Source: an uncultured bacterium
GTDB lineage: Bacteria; Actinomycetota; Acidimicrobiia; Spongiisociales; UBA5794
NCBI GenBank assembly: GCA_963801165.1
Contig: CAWDDT010000009.1
Coordinates: 320,001 to 384,000, forward strand
Reading direction: 5' to 3'
DNA length: 64,000 nt
Each line of letters starts with the position of its first letter. Position 1 is the stretch's first letter. The notes under the pieces are model-generated. The model was given only the letters and a program-made list of their open reading frames with translations. It was not told the DNA's origin and ran no database searches. The position numbers and the translations under genes are program-made. This document shows, in pieces, positions 8,465-18,334 of this stretch.

Positions 8465-10314
8465 ATCTGGTATTCGGCGCAGCGAGCGCCGACTCGTATG
8501 CGAGAGCCCGATCATGGGTGACGCGTAGGTACGGTGCCCCTCTTCGCAACGTGGTATCCGGTCCGGTGTGGGTTGGGGTTCTGTCGGGCTCGCTCGTCGG
8601 CGTCGCGACCAGGGCGGAGGTTTCCCTTGTCCTCATTGGCTCGATCCTCGGTCCTCTGGATGGCTTCGAGGGCAACCCGCTCGACGATGCCGATGCCGTG
8701 GCGCAGTGGCTTCTGGACCGGTTCGACGAGGCACCTGGCGACTTTGCCGCCGATCTCGATGGCCAGTTTGCGATCTGCGTAATCACGGGGACCGAGATCG
8801 AGCTGATTGTGGACGCGGCCGGGATGCGGACGTGGTACTACGACGACCGCGTGGACCTTTTTGCCTTCTCGACAAACCTGCGGGTGTTGGCGGAAAGTCG
8901 CGGCGACCTGAACATCGACCGCTCTTACGAGGACTTCTTCCTCCTCAGCGGCTACTACCCGAGAGGTACAACGCCTTATGAGCACCTGATGCCGATGGGC
9001 TCTGGATCGATGCTGATCTACGATCCCGGGGGTCTGCAGACTCGACCGATCCGGCGGCGTGTCCCCTCGCCGGCGGCAGTTGTCGGTGGCGCTGACGAAC
9101 ACGCAGTGATAGATGCTCTCTACGAAGTATTCCTGGCAGCGCTCGAGCAGCAGACGTCGACTGCACCACGCGCCGCGGTGTTGCTGGGCGGCTTCGACTC
9201 GGCTCTCGTTGCGGCGGGTCTGGCCCGAATCGGCAAAGTGGTCGAGACCTACTCGTTTGCGTATGCCGACGAGAGTTACAACCAACCGTTCGCCGATGAG
9301 CTCGCAGCGTTTCTCGGGGTCGAACATCACTGGGTCCGGTTCGATCACGAGGACATCAGGGAGGGCATGGAGACGTTCACGGACGTGTTCAACCGTCCTA
9401 CGAACTGGCCCAACTACGTCATTCAGACGGCAGAGTTGTGCAAGCGAATGGCCGGCGACGGTATTGCGCAATGCTTCTCGGGAGATGGATGTGACTCGAT
9501 CTTCCTCGGCTACCCGGGAACGTATCGGCGGGCTCGGGTCATCAGTGCGCTCGACCGGCTGCCGCGGGGGTTCTTCTCGCTGATGCTGCGCGTGCTACGT
9601 CGTCCACGGCTCGAACGCATGCTCGGGCACCCTTATCGGGTACTGCTCGGTGTAGTCAGGTCACGTCTACGGGATGAGCCTGCCCGGACTTATCTGTCCT
9701 TTCGCATCCTCGATGAGATCTCACTCCCGCAACTCCGGCGTGGCGCTCAGCCTCCTCAGTGCGCAACCATTGAGGAACTGGCGACAGAGGTTGCGGCCCC
9801 CTATGCCGACCTGCCCCGTTATCGCCTCGCCTACCAGGGCAAGTCCGCAGTGTCTCCCAACAAGAACAAGATGATCGGTAGCGCCGACGTCTCCGGGATC
9901 ACGGTGTGGTCGCCCTATATGCACAGCGCCGTCGCCAGCGTGGCCAAGAACCTTCCCGAAAAGCTCATGCGGCCGAGCGAGCATACCGGGTCCAGCGTGA
10001 CCGGCAAGTACATCCTGCAACGTATGGCTTCAGCGAAGCGTCTGCTGCCTGATGAGATCATCTACCAGCCCAAGGTTGCGGCAGTGGATGCACCCATCGA
10101 TCAATGGTACGCGGGACCGCTGAGGCCAACCGTACAGGGTCTTTGGGAGCATCTCCCATTTGAAGTCGACTCGAGTTACGTATCGAGTTTGATCAAGCCG
10201 AAGTGGTCGGAGAGGTTTTTCCGGCGCTACGTCATGATCGACAAAGTGATCACCCACGCTGCATCTCTGCTCGCCACCTATGGCGCCTTCACGGCGGCCG
10301 CCGACGATGACTGA
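8461..10314 (+). CDS. Asparagine-synthase-like ATP-dependent amide ligase, no N-terminal Cys
   Basis: LDGQFA, LLGGFDSAL, FSGDGCDSIFLGY, GKYILQ, LPDEIIYQPK. GTG start overlaps the upstream stop. Confidence 0.8.
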   Translation: MNLVFGAASADSYARARSWVTRRYGAPLRNVVSGPVWVGVLSGSLVGVATRAEVSLVLIGSILGPLDGFEGNPLDDADAVAQWLLDRFDEAPGDFAADLDGQFAICVITGTEIELIVDAAGMRTWYYDDRVDLFAFSTNLRVLAESRGDLNIDRSYEDFFLLSGYYPRGTTPYEHLMPMGSGSMLIYDPGGLQTRPIRRRVPSPAAVVGGADEHAVIDALYEVFLAALEQQTSTAPRAAVLLGGFDSALVAAGLARIGKVVETYSFAYADESYNQPFADELAAFLGVEHHWVRFDHEDIREGMETFTDVFNRPTNWPNYVIQTAELCKRMAGDGIAQCFSGDGCDSIFLGYPGTYRRARVISALDRLPRGFFSLMLRVLRRPRLERMLGHPYRVLLGVVRSRLRDEPARTYLSFRILDEISLPQLRRGAQPPQCATIEELATEVAAPYADLPRYRLAYQGKSAVSPNKNKMIGSADVSGITVWSPYMHSAVASVAKNLPEKLMRPSEHTGSSVTGKYILQRMASAKRLLPDEIIYQPKVAAVDAPIDQWYAGPLRPTVQGLWEHLPFEVDSSYVSSLIKPKWSERFFRRYVMIDKVITHAASLLATYGAFTAAADDD

Positions 10315-11311
10315 ACGCTCTTCGCCATCCCGACGGCGCTGGCGCTACCTGGTCCGGCTTGCCATCGGGATTGCGATTGTTGTTGTCGTCATAAACGCGA
10401 TCGACACCGCGAGCTTGCGGCGTTCCCTCGCCGGAGTATCCATCCTCATCGTGCTTGCGGCATTTGTGATCAACACTGCAGCCTCCATCGTCCTGCCGGC
10501 AGTGGTGACCCATCAGTCGAATCCGCAGAATCATCTGACACTCATCGAGTTGATCCGGGTCAACCTGGCAGTTCGCTTCTATTCACTCTTCCTGCCTCGA
10601 GGCGCAGCCACCGGCGTGCGGTGGTGGCGATACAGGAGCGGCTCGCGGGGTCGCGACGCGGTCGCCCTTGTTGTCTTCGAGCGTCTGATGCAGATAGTCG
10701 CCGCGGGCTCAGTCACCGTTGTCGCTGTGCTTGCCGACCTCTCTCGGATGCATTCCGGGGCGGGAACGATCGCCCTGGTGATGGCCTTCGTAGTCGTTGC
10801 GGCCATGGCTGGCATCTCAGTGTTCATCTTTCCCGTGGGCGCTCCGCTCAGGCGATTGTTGGTCCGGTTTGTAGGTCGGGTCGACCAGACCGGGGACACG
10901 GGTGCCGGGGTGATTTCCGGTTACCGTGCTATCGGGCCACGGCGTGTCGCACGGATCGTATCTCTCTCGTTTGCGAGTCAGCTTCTGTTGGCCATCCCCG
11001 CATGGATGATCTCGGCTGAGCTCGGCCTCGGCGTTGGACTCGTAGGGGTCATGTGGATGAGGTCCACGATGGACCTGCTCACGCTGATTCCGATCACTGT
11101 TGCCGGCTTGGGCATACGGGAGGTGGGCTACGTCGCATTCATGGGTCTGTACGGTGTCTCCCGCTACGAAGCGCTGGCATTCTCTCTAGTCCTGCTGGGT
11201 ATTCAGATACTGATCGGTGTTACCGGTGGTCTCTCGGAAGCACAGAGGTGGCTGATTGCCCGAGAGGGTACGAAACAGCCGACGAGCCAAAGCGACCGCG
11301 GCGGCGAGTGA
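10307..11311 (+). CDS. UPF0104 / LPG-synthase TM (flippase-like) membrane protein
   Basis: About 8 TM segments; FYSLFLP, VVFERL, IPITVAGLGIRE. Confidence 0.82.
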   Translation: MTERSSPSRRRWRYLVRLAIGIAIVVVVINAIDTASLRRSLAGVSILIVLAAFVINTAASIVLPAVVTHQSNPQNHLTLIELIRVNLAVRFYSLFLPRGAATGVRWWRYRSGSRGRDAVALVVFERLMQIVAAGSVTVVAVLADLSRMHSGAGTIALVMAFVVVAAMAGISVFIFPVGAPLRRLLVRFVGRVDQTGDTGAGVISGYRAIGPRRVARIVSLSFASQLLLAIPAWMISAELGLGVGLVGVMWMRSTMDLLTLIPITVAGLGIREVGYVAFMGLYGVSRYEALAFSLVLLGIQILIGVTGGLSEAQRWLIAREGTKQPTSQSDRGGE

Positions 11312-11358
11312 CCACCGGCGGATGGCAACACTCATCCGGGGTCGCCCGCGCTGGTTCG

Positions 11359-12444
11359 TCAGACAAGCTCCAGCAGGGCGGTTGCAAGGCTCACCCACGG
11401 GTCTTGTGTCCACCTATCGGCGGCGGCGTGCTGGAAGGCCTCATAGCCGTTGGCGAGTGTCTCGATCGCGTCTGCGAGCGCACCGGGATCGTTCGGCGGG
11501 CACAGAATGGCGTCGACGCCGTCGCGCACCTGCTCGGCCAGGCCGCCGACATCGGTTGTGATCACGGGTCGGCCGGCACCAAGGACAGCGGGGATGAGCC
11601 CAGACTGCGTCGCCGACGTATAAGGGAGCAATGCGGCGTGATGGGCGGCTATTCGAGCGAGAAGTGCATCGTCACTCAGGTAGCCGTCCTCCACCCTCAC
11701 TACGGCTCTGAGCTGCAACCCATCGATCATCTCACGTACTCGATCGGCGGTCGGTTCCCAGAAATCGCCAACTATGGTGAGCTCTACCGCGTACCCCGGG
11801 TGGGTGTCGAGATAGGCGCGTATGCCGCGGATTGCGACCTCGACGCCCTTGTACGGGCGAACGTAGCCCGGCTGGATCAATCGAAGTGGCGGACGGACCG
11901 GTGGGGAGGTGGCCCGCTGAGTGCCAAGGTGCGGCGGCAACGGGAATTGGTGAGCAGGCGCGTCCGGCAACAACGCCCTCAGCTCGGTCAGTTGCTGGGC
12001 GGAATGCACGACTATATGGCTCGCCTGTCTCAGGGCAAGCCGGGTCAGCTGAAGATCCAGCGGCAGTCTTTCGTGGGGTATGACGTTGTGGACCACACAC
12101 ACCGTGGGCACTGGTGCGATCGTACGAAGTGTTGCTGCCAGCTGGACGCCGTGGAACGCGGTAACCCACTGAACGATTGCCACATCGTGCGAGCGAGCGG
12201 CTCGCCCGGTACGAAACCACGACACCGGGTCCCACCATCTCAGCCAGAATTGCGTACGACTCAGAGGCCGGGCGTTGTCGTCCCATCGCAGCCCCTTGTA
12301 GAGCCGTCGTGGGTACTGAGAGGCCCAGGAATAGGCGTCAACATCGTGACCCATCGTCCGCAGAGCGTCGACAAGGTGGGCACCGTGTTGAGCGACGCCG
12401 CCTGGTATTGGCGGCAGTGGCCCGACGTACGCGATTCGCATCAT
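11359..12444 (-). CDS. Glycosyltransferase family 4 (GT-B)
   Basis: PPIPGGVAQH, VHNVIPHE, GYVRPYKG, LPYTSATQSG, TDVGGLAE. Confidence 0.9.
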   Translation of the reverse strand: MMRIAYVGPLPPIPGGVAQHGAHLVDALRTMGHDVDAYSWASQYPRRLYKGLRWDDNARPLSRTQFWLRWWDPVSWFRTGRAARSHDVAIVQWVTAFHGVQLAATLRTIAPVPTVCVVHNVIPHERLPLDLQLTRLALRQASHIVVHSAQQLTELRALLPDAPAHQFPLPPHLGTQRATSPPVRPPLRLIQPGYVRPYKGVEVAIRGIRAYLDTHPGYAVELTIVGDFWEPTADRVREMIDGLQLRAVVRVEDGYLSDDALLARIAAHHAALLPYTSATQSGLIPAVLGAGRPVITTDVGGLAEQVRDGVDAILCPPNDPGALADAIETLANGYEAFQHAAADRWTQDPWVSLATALLELV

Positions 12445-12468
12445 CAGAAGGGTAACTGCCGATGTCGG

Positions 12469-13386
12469 TCAGCCGGTATAGCCGTACCGTCTTCGGAGCG
12501 GATAGGTCACGATGTCAAACGTCCGGCTCGCGACGGGCTCGGTCGTCCGGGCCGCAATGCGAATCTGCCCATGGTCGAATCGCGAGGGGTTTCCCATGAT
12601 GGTGTGGCCAGGCTCGAGCACGACCGTGGAGTCGCTGCCGATGAGGTTCGAGGCCGTTCCCGTGAAGCCGGCGTGCCGGAGAATTCGGTCCACCGTCGCT
12701 TGCGGTGCCGTGGTGAAGTCCTCATAGCGGACGCGGAGCATCCGCTGTCCGATCTTTCGGGTTGCCCATTCTGCGGCGAGGTTGCGTCCCGTCCAACTGA
12801 AAGCAGTGTGGAGAGGGCTGAACATTGGCATCACCATGCCAGTGTCGGGAAATCGTTTCTCGGTCCTCCATGCGGCGGCAACGTCACGCGGGTCACGAAC
12901 CAAATGCAGCCCGAGCGATTTGATCCCATCGGGTGCCTCGAGCAGCGCAGGATCGAGCGGCCATTTCGAGCTGTCGATGAGCAGGCCGGCCCCGGTCACC
13001 GAAGCGATCGCGTGATACAAGGCTGCCATTAGTTCGAGGCCCTCTGCTCGGGTAGCCGCGAGGCGGCCGGGAAGGGCCGAGAGCATCAATCCGCCGAATG
13101 TGAACACCCGCCGCTGCCGGACAACGACCGCTTCGGGATCGGAGATAGCCTTTATCCCTACAGCGGTCATAGCGAGAGCATCGAGGACCCGCCCCCATAC
13201 ACGGCACTCCGTGACCGAGTCGCCGCAGCTGCAGGAATGGTTCCCTGTCAGGCCGTCCTGCCAGATTCGCCAGAGCTCGCCGACATGGAAGATGCCATCG
13301 ACCGAGCCCAGCACGTCTCCGATGATGGTTGAGCCGCTGCGGCCCTTACCAACGATAAAGACGACCGGAAGGGGGTCGGGCATCAT
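12469..13386 (-). CDS. PAPS-dependent sulfotransferase
   Basis: 5'-PSB GKGRSGSTI, CSCG..C, IDSSK, 3'-PB HLVRDPRDV, VRYEDF, HTIMGNPSRF. Confidence 0.88.
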   Translation of the reverse strand: MMPDPLPVVFIVGKGRSGSTIIGDVLGSVDGIFHVGELWRIWQDGLTGNHSCSCGDSVTECRVWGRVLDALAMTAVGIKAISDPEAVVVRQRRVFTFGGLMLSALPGRLAATRAEGLELMAALYHAIASVTGAGLLIDSSKWPLDPALLEAPDGIKSLGLHLVRDPRDVAAAWRTEKRFPDTGMVMPMFSPLHTAFSWTGRNLAAEWATRKIGQRMLRVRYEDFTTAPQATVDRILRHAGFTGTASNLIGSDSTVVLEPGHTIMGNPSRFDHGQIRIAARTTEPVASRTFDIVTYPLRRRYGYTG

Positions 13387-14312
13387 CTCGATGTTCGCAT
13401 CACTAGTACCGCGATAGGTGCCGAGAACACGAGCCCAACAACTCTCACGATGGCCACTGTGACGATTGCAGCGGCGACTTCCAGGCCAACGAGGGGTGCA
13501 AGGACGCCGGCGACCAACTCGCGAACGCCGAGTCCGCCTGGCACGATCCCGACGGTCGATGCGATCGCCCCCGCCGCTACCAGACCAACGGCTTGGATCA
13601 CAGTGGGGTCGAGCCCCAATGCCGCCATGGTCAGCAAGATCCGGGCCACCCCCGTGGCCAGCGACGCGATCTCAATACCCGAGCCCATGGCCAGCCAGAA
13701 GCCACGGCTGTGCCTTGCGGCGCGGCGCGGCCCGATGAGAACCGCCGCCGCCATGGCAGCTAATCCGGCAACCACCATGGCCATACCAACGGCGATCGAA
13801 CCGGCGAAGCAGAGTGCCAACCCCGAGACGATCAGTGCCCATGCCAACCAGAGAACGCCGATGCCGATCGTGGCGGCGGCAGCGCGTCTGGCTCCTGCTG
13901 CTCTCGAAACCAGGTCGTTGACTCGCAAAGCAGCGGCACCCGGCAGCGGCAGGAGGTTGGCCAGAGTACCGAGAACAGTGATGCGCAGTGACTCTGTCCA
14001 GTTGGCGCCGACTCCACTGGCGGCTGCCACCAGCCGGTACTCGGCTGCCGTCAACCCAACTGACACCGGTACGAGTATGCCCGAGGCGACGAGAGCGCCC
14101 CATCGCAGATCGCTGGGAGACAGATGGAGTGCCTGCCACGACACGATGGCGACGACGATGAGAGCGACGCCGGCAATTGCCATAACCGCTGGGTGAGGGC
14201 TCGAGGCGCCGCGATGGACTCGCTGCCCGGTTCGCGCCACCACGCGGCGAAACCGCTGACGTCCGCCCGACCGGTGCTCCTCGTCCCTGTGTCCGCCCGC
14301 CGATGTCGGCAT
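13383..14312 (-). CDS. UPF0104-like multi-TM membrane protein
   Basis: Multiple TM helices; ANLLPLPG, VPGGLGVRE. Start uncertain. Confidence 0.7.
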   Translation of the reverse strand: MPTSAGGHRDEEHRSGGRQRFRRVVARTGQRVHRGASSPHPAVMAIAGVALIVVAIVSWQALHLSPSDLRWGALVASGILVPVSVGLTAAEYRLVAAASGVGANWTESLRITVLGTLANLLPLPGAAALRVNDLVSRAAGARRAAAATIGIGVLWLAWALIVSGLALCFAGSIAVGMAMVVAGLAAMAAAVLIGPRRAARHSRGFWLAMGSGIEIASLATGVARILLTMAALGLDPTVIQAVGLVAAGAIASTVGIVPGGLGVRELVAGVLAPLVGLEVAAAIVTVAIVRVVGLVFSAPIAVLVMRTSR

Positions 14313-14515
14313 GCGGCGAGAGTAGTGACTTGGCGGGCCGAGAGACGGATATTGTGGTTCCGTGAGGTCCGGGCAAATCGCCCGCCCGCGCGTCATCATG
14401 GCACCACTGCACCCGTTGGCGGCCACCTTGCCAGGTAGGTCCCGCTTAACACGGTTTACGTTGGGGCCGATGAAGCAACAGATGGCGTCGCATAGCGGCA
14501 TGGGAGGCTGGTCTC

Positions 14516-15772
14516 TTGGGCAACTCAACACCCGTTGGTCGTGGGCCGCTCTCCGGCATAGCGGTTCTGGCCGATCACTCGAGTTTACGTCTGTTTCTCT
14601 TGGTGGCGGCGCCGCTCCTGGCGCTATACCTCGTGACGGCGAGCTGGACTCTGCCCTATCACATTGATGCTGTTACGAACGTATTCACTGCCTGGGAGCT
14701 GGGTACCCACGGAGACGTGTATCTCGACCACCAGGCGGTGCTCGCGGCGCCCGAGTATCTGCGAACCGTTGCCTGGGTGGTTCCGGCCGGTGACTCAGCG
14801 GCGTCCCAGTATCCACCGGGAGCCGCAGCTATCGCAGCTCCCCTCTACGCCATCTGGCCGCAGCAAGCCAAGAGTATCGTCGTCCAGAACGAGACGGCAG
14901 ATGTTCCTCCGGTCGAGATACTCATGCCGCCGATCGGTCCGGCGGCCATGACCGCTGCGATGGTTTCGGCGATCGCGATGGGGCTTCTGGCCCTTGTGTT
15001 TTGTCGGCTCACAGATGCCCGGACCGCGCTAATTGCTGCCTATGTCGCGGGTCTTGGCACGGGCGTGTGGTCGGTAGCCGCTGACTCCTTGTGGCAACAC
15101 GGGCCCGCGATGCTGTGGATCATCGCTGGTGTGCTCTTATCGACCGGGTTTCAGCTCTGGTCGGGCTTGGCTTTTGGCGCGGCCGTTCTGACCCGTCCGC
15201 ACACGGCTCTCGTTGCTGCCGGAAACGGGTTGTACCAGTCGTGGCGGGAAAGGTCCGTCTGGCCTGCACTGAAGATCGGGCTCGGTGCCACGTTGGGACT
15301 GGCGGCGCTTGTCTGGTTCAACGCTGTCGTCTTCGGGAGCCCGTCTATCTCGGGTGGCTATTCGGGTGTATTCACAGAGCGAGCAGCCAGCCTCGATCTC
15401 GCTGCTTGGGGCCGCAACTTGATCGGTGCACTGGTCGATCCCGTGCGCGGTTTGCTCGTGTACTCGCCATTCTTGATTCTCCTGCTCCCCGGCCTTCCCG
15501 CCGCGTGGCGCAAGGCGCCCGACTGGGTGCGCGGATCGGCGTTGGGGGGTCTTGCCTACATCCTTGTCCAGCTCAAGGCGAATCGCTTCTCCGGGGGCGA
15601 CACATTTTGGGGCTACCGCTACCCGCTCGAGATGTTGGCCGCCGCGGCGCCGCTGTTGCTGTTGAGCTACACCGAGTGGGTGCGGCGCGGGTCCGCTCTG
15701 CTCAGGCGCATGTTCTTCTACGTGGCCGCGGTGTCGATTCTCTTCACTGCCGTTGGTGCCATCGTCTACTGA
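14516..15772 (+). CDS. GT-C-fold (PMT/RgtA-like) membrane glycosyltransferase
   Basis: About 10 TMs; acidic loop YHIDA, SQYPPG, SLWQHG, LTRP, RGLLVYSPF, WGYRYPLE. Start uncertain. Confidence 0.65.
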   Translation: MGNSTPVGRGPLSGIAVLADHSSLRLFLLVAAPLLALYLVTASWTLPYHIDAVTNVFTAWELGTHGDVYLDHQAVLAAPEYLRTVAWVVPAGDSAASQYPPGAAAIAAPLYAIWPQQAKSIVVQNETADVPPVEILMPPIGPAAMTAAMVSAIAMGLLALVFCRLTDARTALIAAYVAGLGTGVWSVAADSLWQHGPAMLWIIAGVLLSTGFQLWSGLAFGAAVLTRPHTALVAAGNGLYQSWRERSVWPALKIGLGATLGLAALVWFNAVVFGSPSISGGYSGVFTERAASLDLAAWGRNLIGALVDPVRGLLVYSPFLILLLPGLPAAWRKAPDWVRGSALGGLAYILVQLKANRFSGGDTFWGYRYPLEMLAAAAPLLLLSYTEWVRRGSALLRRMFFYVAAVSILFTAVGAIVY

Positions 15773-15797
15773 GGTCGCATCGATGTAGCCTGGAGGC

Positions 15798-17219
15798 ATG
15801 AGCCTCATTGATGAGCTACAGGCGATCCTGGGACCCGACCGGGTGCGCTCCCATCCGCTCCAGCTGCGCGTGTACAACAAGGACGCCGGGGTGACCCGCG
15901 GCGAGGTGCTCGCGGCTGTTCTTCCGGAGACAACCCAGGAGGTCGCCGCCTGTGTCCGGGCCGCCCACAACCACGGCGTGCCGATCGTACCCAGGGGCGC
16001 CGGTACCGGGCTGGCCGGCGGGGCGGTGCCGGTGGAGCCTGCATTGCTCGTTGTGCTCACTCGCATCAATCAGGTCTTCGATGTGGACCCCGCGGCCCGG
16101 ACTGCCTGGGTGGGGCCGGGTGTGCTCAACCTGGACCTGTCTCGCCACGTTGCACCCCTCGGGCTCCACTATGCCCCCGACCCCTCCTCGCAGGCGGCGT
16201 GCACCATCGGTGGCAACGTCGGCACCAACGCGGGTGGCCCACATTGTCTCGCCGAGGGCACGACGGTCGCCCACATCCTCGGGGTGGAGATGGTGACCGC
16301 ATACGGCGACGTCGTCACGCTCGGTGGTGCCGCCCCGGACCCCATCGGTCTCGACTTGAGATCGGTCGTGGTTGGTTCGGAGGGCACGCTCGGGGTGGTG
16401 ACCAGGGTTTTGGTCAAGCTCACCCAGAACCCACCCGCGGTGCGCACGATCCTGCTCACCTTCGACAGCATTCAGGCCGCCGCGGCGACCGTCTCCAATA
16501 CGATCGCCGCCGGGATTGTCCCCGCCGCCCTCGAGATGATGGACCAGCCGATGGTCATAGCGGTCGAGGCATTCATCCACGCCAACCTTCCCGTTGATGC
16601 GGCCGCCGTCCTGCTCGCCGAGGTGGTCGGTCTCGACTCCGCAGTAGCGGCGGAGGCGGCGATTCTCGAGCGGATCGCCCGTGACGCAGGCGCGACCTCC
16701 GTGCGCGTTGCCGCCGACGACACAGAGCGTGCGGTCCTCTGGAAGGCCCGCAAGAGTGCGTTTGGAGCGGTGGCCCAGGCTGCCCCCGACTATTACTTGC
16801 ACGACACCGTCGTGCCCCGCACCCGGCTCGTCGAGGTGATGACCCAGATCTACGAGATAGGGGAGCGCTTCGGAATCGAGATGCTCAACGTGTTCCACGC
16901 AGGCGACGGCAACCTCCACCCGCTGGTTGCCTACGACGCAAAGGAACCGGGGATGTTCGACAAGGTTCGTCGTGCCGCCGAGGAGATGGTGAAGGTGTCG
17001 GTGGCCGCCGGTGGCTCGCTGAGCGGTGAGCACGGAATCGGTTTGGAGAAACGCGACCTGATGGGCATGGTGTTCGAGCCCATCGATCTCGACGCCCAGG
17101 CGCGGCTGCGCGACGCGTTCGACCCGGACGGCTCGATGAACCCGGGCAAGATCCTTCCCCGGGGCGCCCGTTGCTACGACTACGGGATGAGCTCGTTGCC
17201 GGGTGAGGTGGCCGGATGA
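15798..17219 (+). CDS. glcD: Glycolate oxidase FAD subunit
   Basis: PRGAGTGLAGG, PDPSSQAACTIGGN, NAGGPHCL, GSEGTLG, FHAGDGNLHP, GEHGIG, MNPGK. Confidence 0.88.
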   Translation: MSLIDELQAILGPDRVRSHPLQLRVYNKDAGVTRGEVLAAVLPETTQEVAACVRAAHNHGVPIVPRGAGTGLAGGAVPVEPALLVVLTRINQVFDVDPAARTAWVGPGVLNLDLSRHVAPLGLHYAPDPSSQAACTIGGNVGTNAGGPHCLAEGTTVAHILGVEMVTAYGDVVTLGGAAPDPIGLDLRSVVVGSEGTLGVVTRVLVKLTQNPPAVRTILLTFDSIQAAAATVSNTIAAGIVPAALEMMDQPMVIAVEAFIHANLPVDAAAVLLAEVVGLDSAVAAEAAILERIARDAGATSVRVAADDTERAVLWKARKSAFGAVAQAAPDYYLHDTVVPRTRLVEVMTQIYEIGERFGIEMLNVFHAGDGNLHPLVAYDAKEPGMFDKVRRAAEEMVKVSVAAGGSLSGEHGIGLEKRDLMGMVFEPIDLDAQARLRDAFDPDGSMNPGKILPRGARCYDYGMSSLPGEVAG

Positions 17220-18334
17220 CGATCCAGCAGCTCGTCTCGCGTGTTGCCAGGGACGCTCTCTCCGAGCCGATCGACGGTGCTCCTCCTGCTGAGTTCACGG
17301 TCACCCCGACCACGGGGGACCAGGCGGCCGCCGTGCTGCGCCTGGCCGCCGAGCATCGGATGCGGGTTCTGTTCTGGGGAGCCGGGACCCACCAGGGGAT
17401 GGGTCACCATTTCGAGCCCGACATCATCATGAGCGCCCGCGGTCTCGACACGGTCGTCGACTGGCAGCAGGAGGATCTCACCGTCGTGGTGCAGCCCGGC
17501 GTGCTCGTCACCGACCTCGAGGCTCAGCTGCAGCAGGGGCACCAAACCGCCGTGCTCCAGGAAACTCCGGGGGAAGCAACGGTTGGCGGGACCGTCGCCG
17601 CGGGTATCTCCGGGTGGCGGAGGCTGCGCTACGGCCCAACACGGGACCGCTTGTTGGAAGTCAGGCTCGCCACCGGCGACGGGCGGTTGATCAGGGGTGG
17701 TGGGCGGCTGGTCAAGAACGTGACCGGGTACGACCTTCCCCGTCTGGCGGTCGGGTCGTTCGGTTCGCTCGGCATGATCACCGAGATGTGTCTCAAACTC
17801 TGGCCCCTGGCGACGCAACGGGCCATGGTGACCGTTACCGACCCTGTTGCGGCCACTCGCACCGCCTATCGGCCCCTGGCAATCGTCGAAACCAACGAAG
17901 GAGCGTATGCCTATCTCGCCGGCACGTCTGAGGAACTCGAGGAGCAGGCGAGACGCATCGGCGGTGACCTCGTCTCCGGGCATCGCTGGCCGGTCCCACT
18001 CGCCGGAGCCGTCGAGATGGAGCTGCGATTGAGGCCGGGAGACGTGGCTCGTGGTGTCACCTGGGTGGGCGACCTCGGCGCCGAGTTCCAGGCGGCGCAC
18101 GGTGTCGGCGTGGTCCGGTTCATCGCCGATGGTATCGACATTGCCACGCTCGAGCGGCTACGGAACAACGCCGAGCAGGCAGGAGGTGCGCTTGTCGTAA
18201 CCAAGGCCCCGGCCGACCTCGGTTTCGACCCCTGGGGCACGCCGCCGGGATTCGTGGCGTTGCAGCAGCGGGTGAAGGCGGCATTCGACCCCGTAGGGAT
18301 CGCCAATCCGGGAATCCTGCCGGGAGGTATCTGA
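17216..18334 (+). CDS. glcE: Glycolate oxidase FAD-binding subunit
   Basis: ATVGGTVAAG, GGRLVKNVTGYDL, GSFGSLG, FDPVGIANPG; follows glcD. Confidence 0.85.
   Translation: MTIQQLVSRVARDALSEPIDGAPPAEFTVTPTTGDQAAAVLRLAAEHRMRVLFWGAGTHQGMGHHFEPDIIMSARGLDTVVDWQQEDLTVVVQPGVLVTDLEAQLQQGHQTAVLQETPGEATVGGTVAAGISGWRRLRYGPTRDRLLEVRLATGDGRLIRGGGRLVKNVTGYDLPRLAVGSFGSLGMITEMCLKLWPLATQRAMVTVTDPVAATRTAYRPLAIVETNEGAYAYLAGTSEELEEQARRIGGDLVSGHRWPVPLAGAVEMELRLRPGDVARGVTWVGDLGAEFQAAHGVGVVRFIADGIDIATLERLRNNAEQAGGALVVTKAPADLGFDPWGTPPGFVALQQRVKAAFDPVGIANPGILPGGI

Noticed and set aside
11053-13032. 659-aa plus-strand ORF
   Set aside because: Antisense shadow of the GT4 and sulfotransferase genes; no motifs; typical high-GC artefact.
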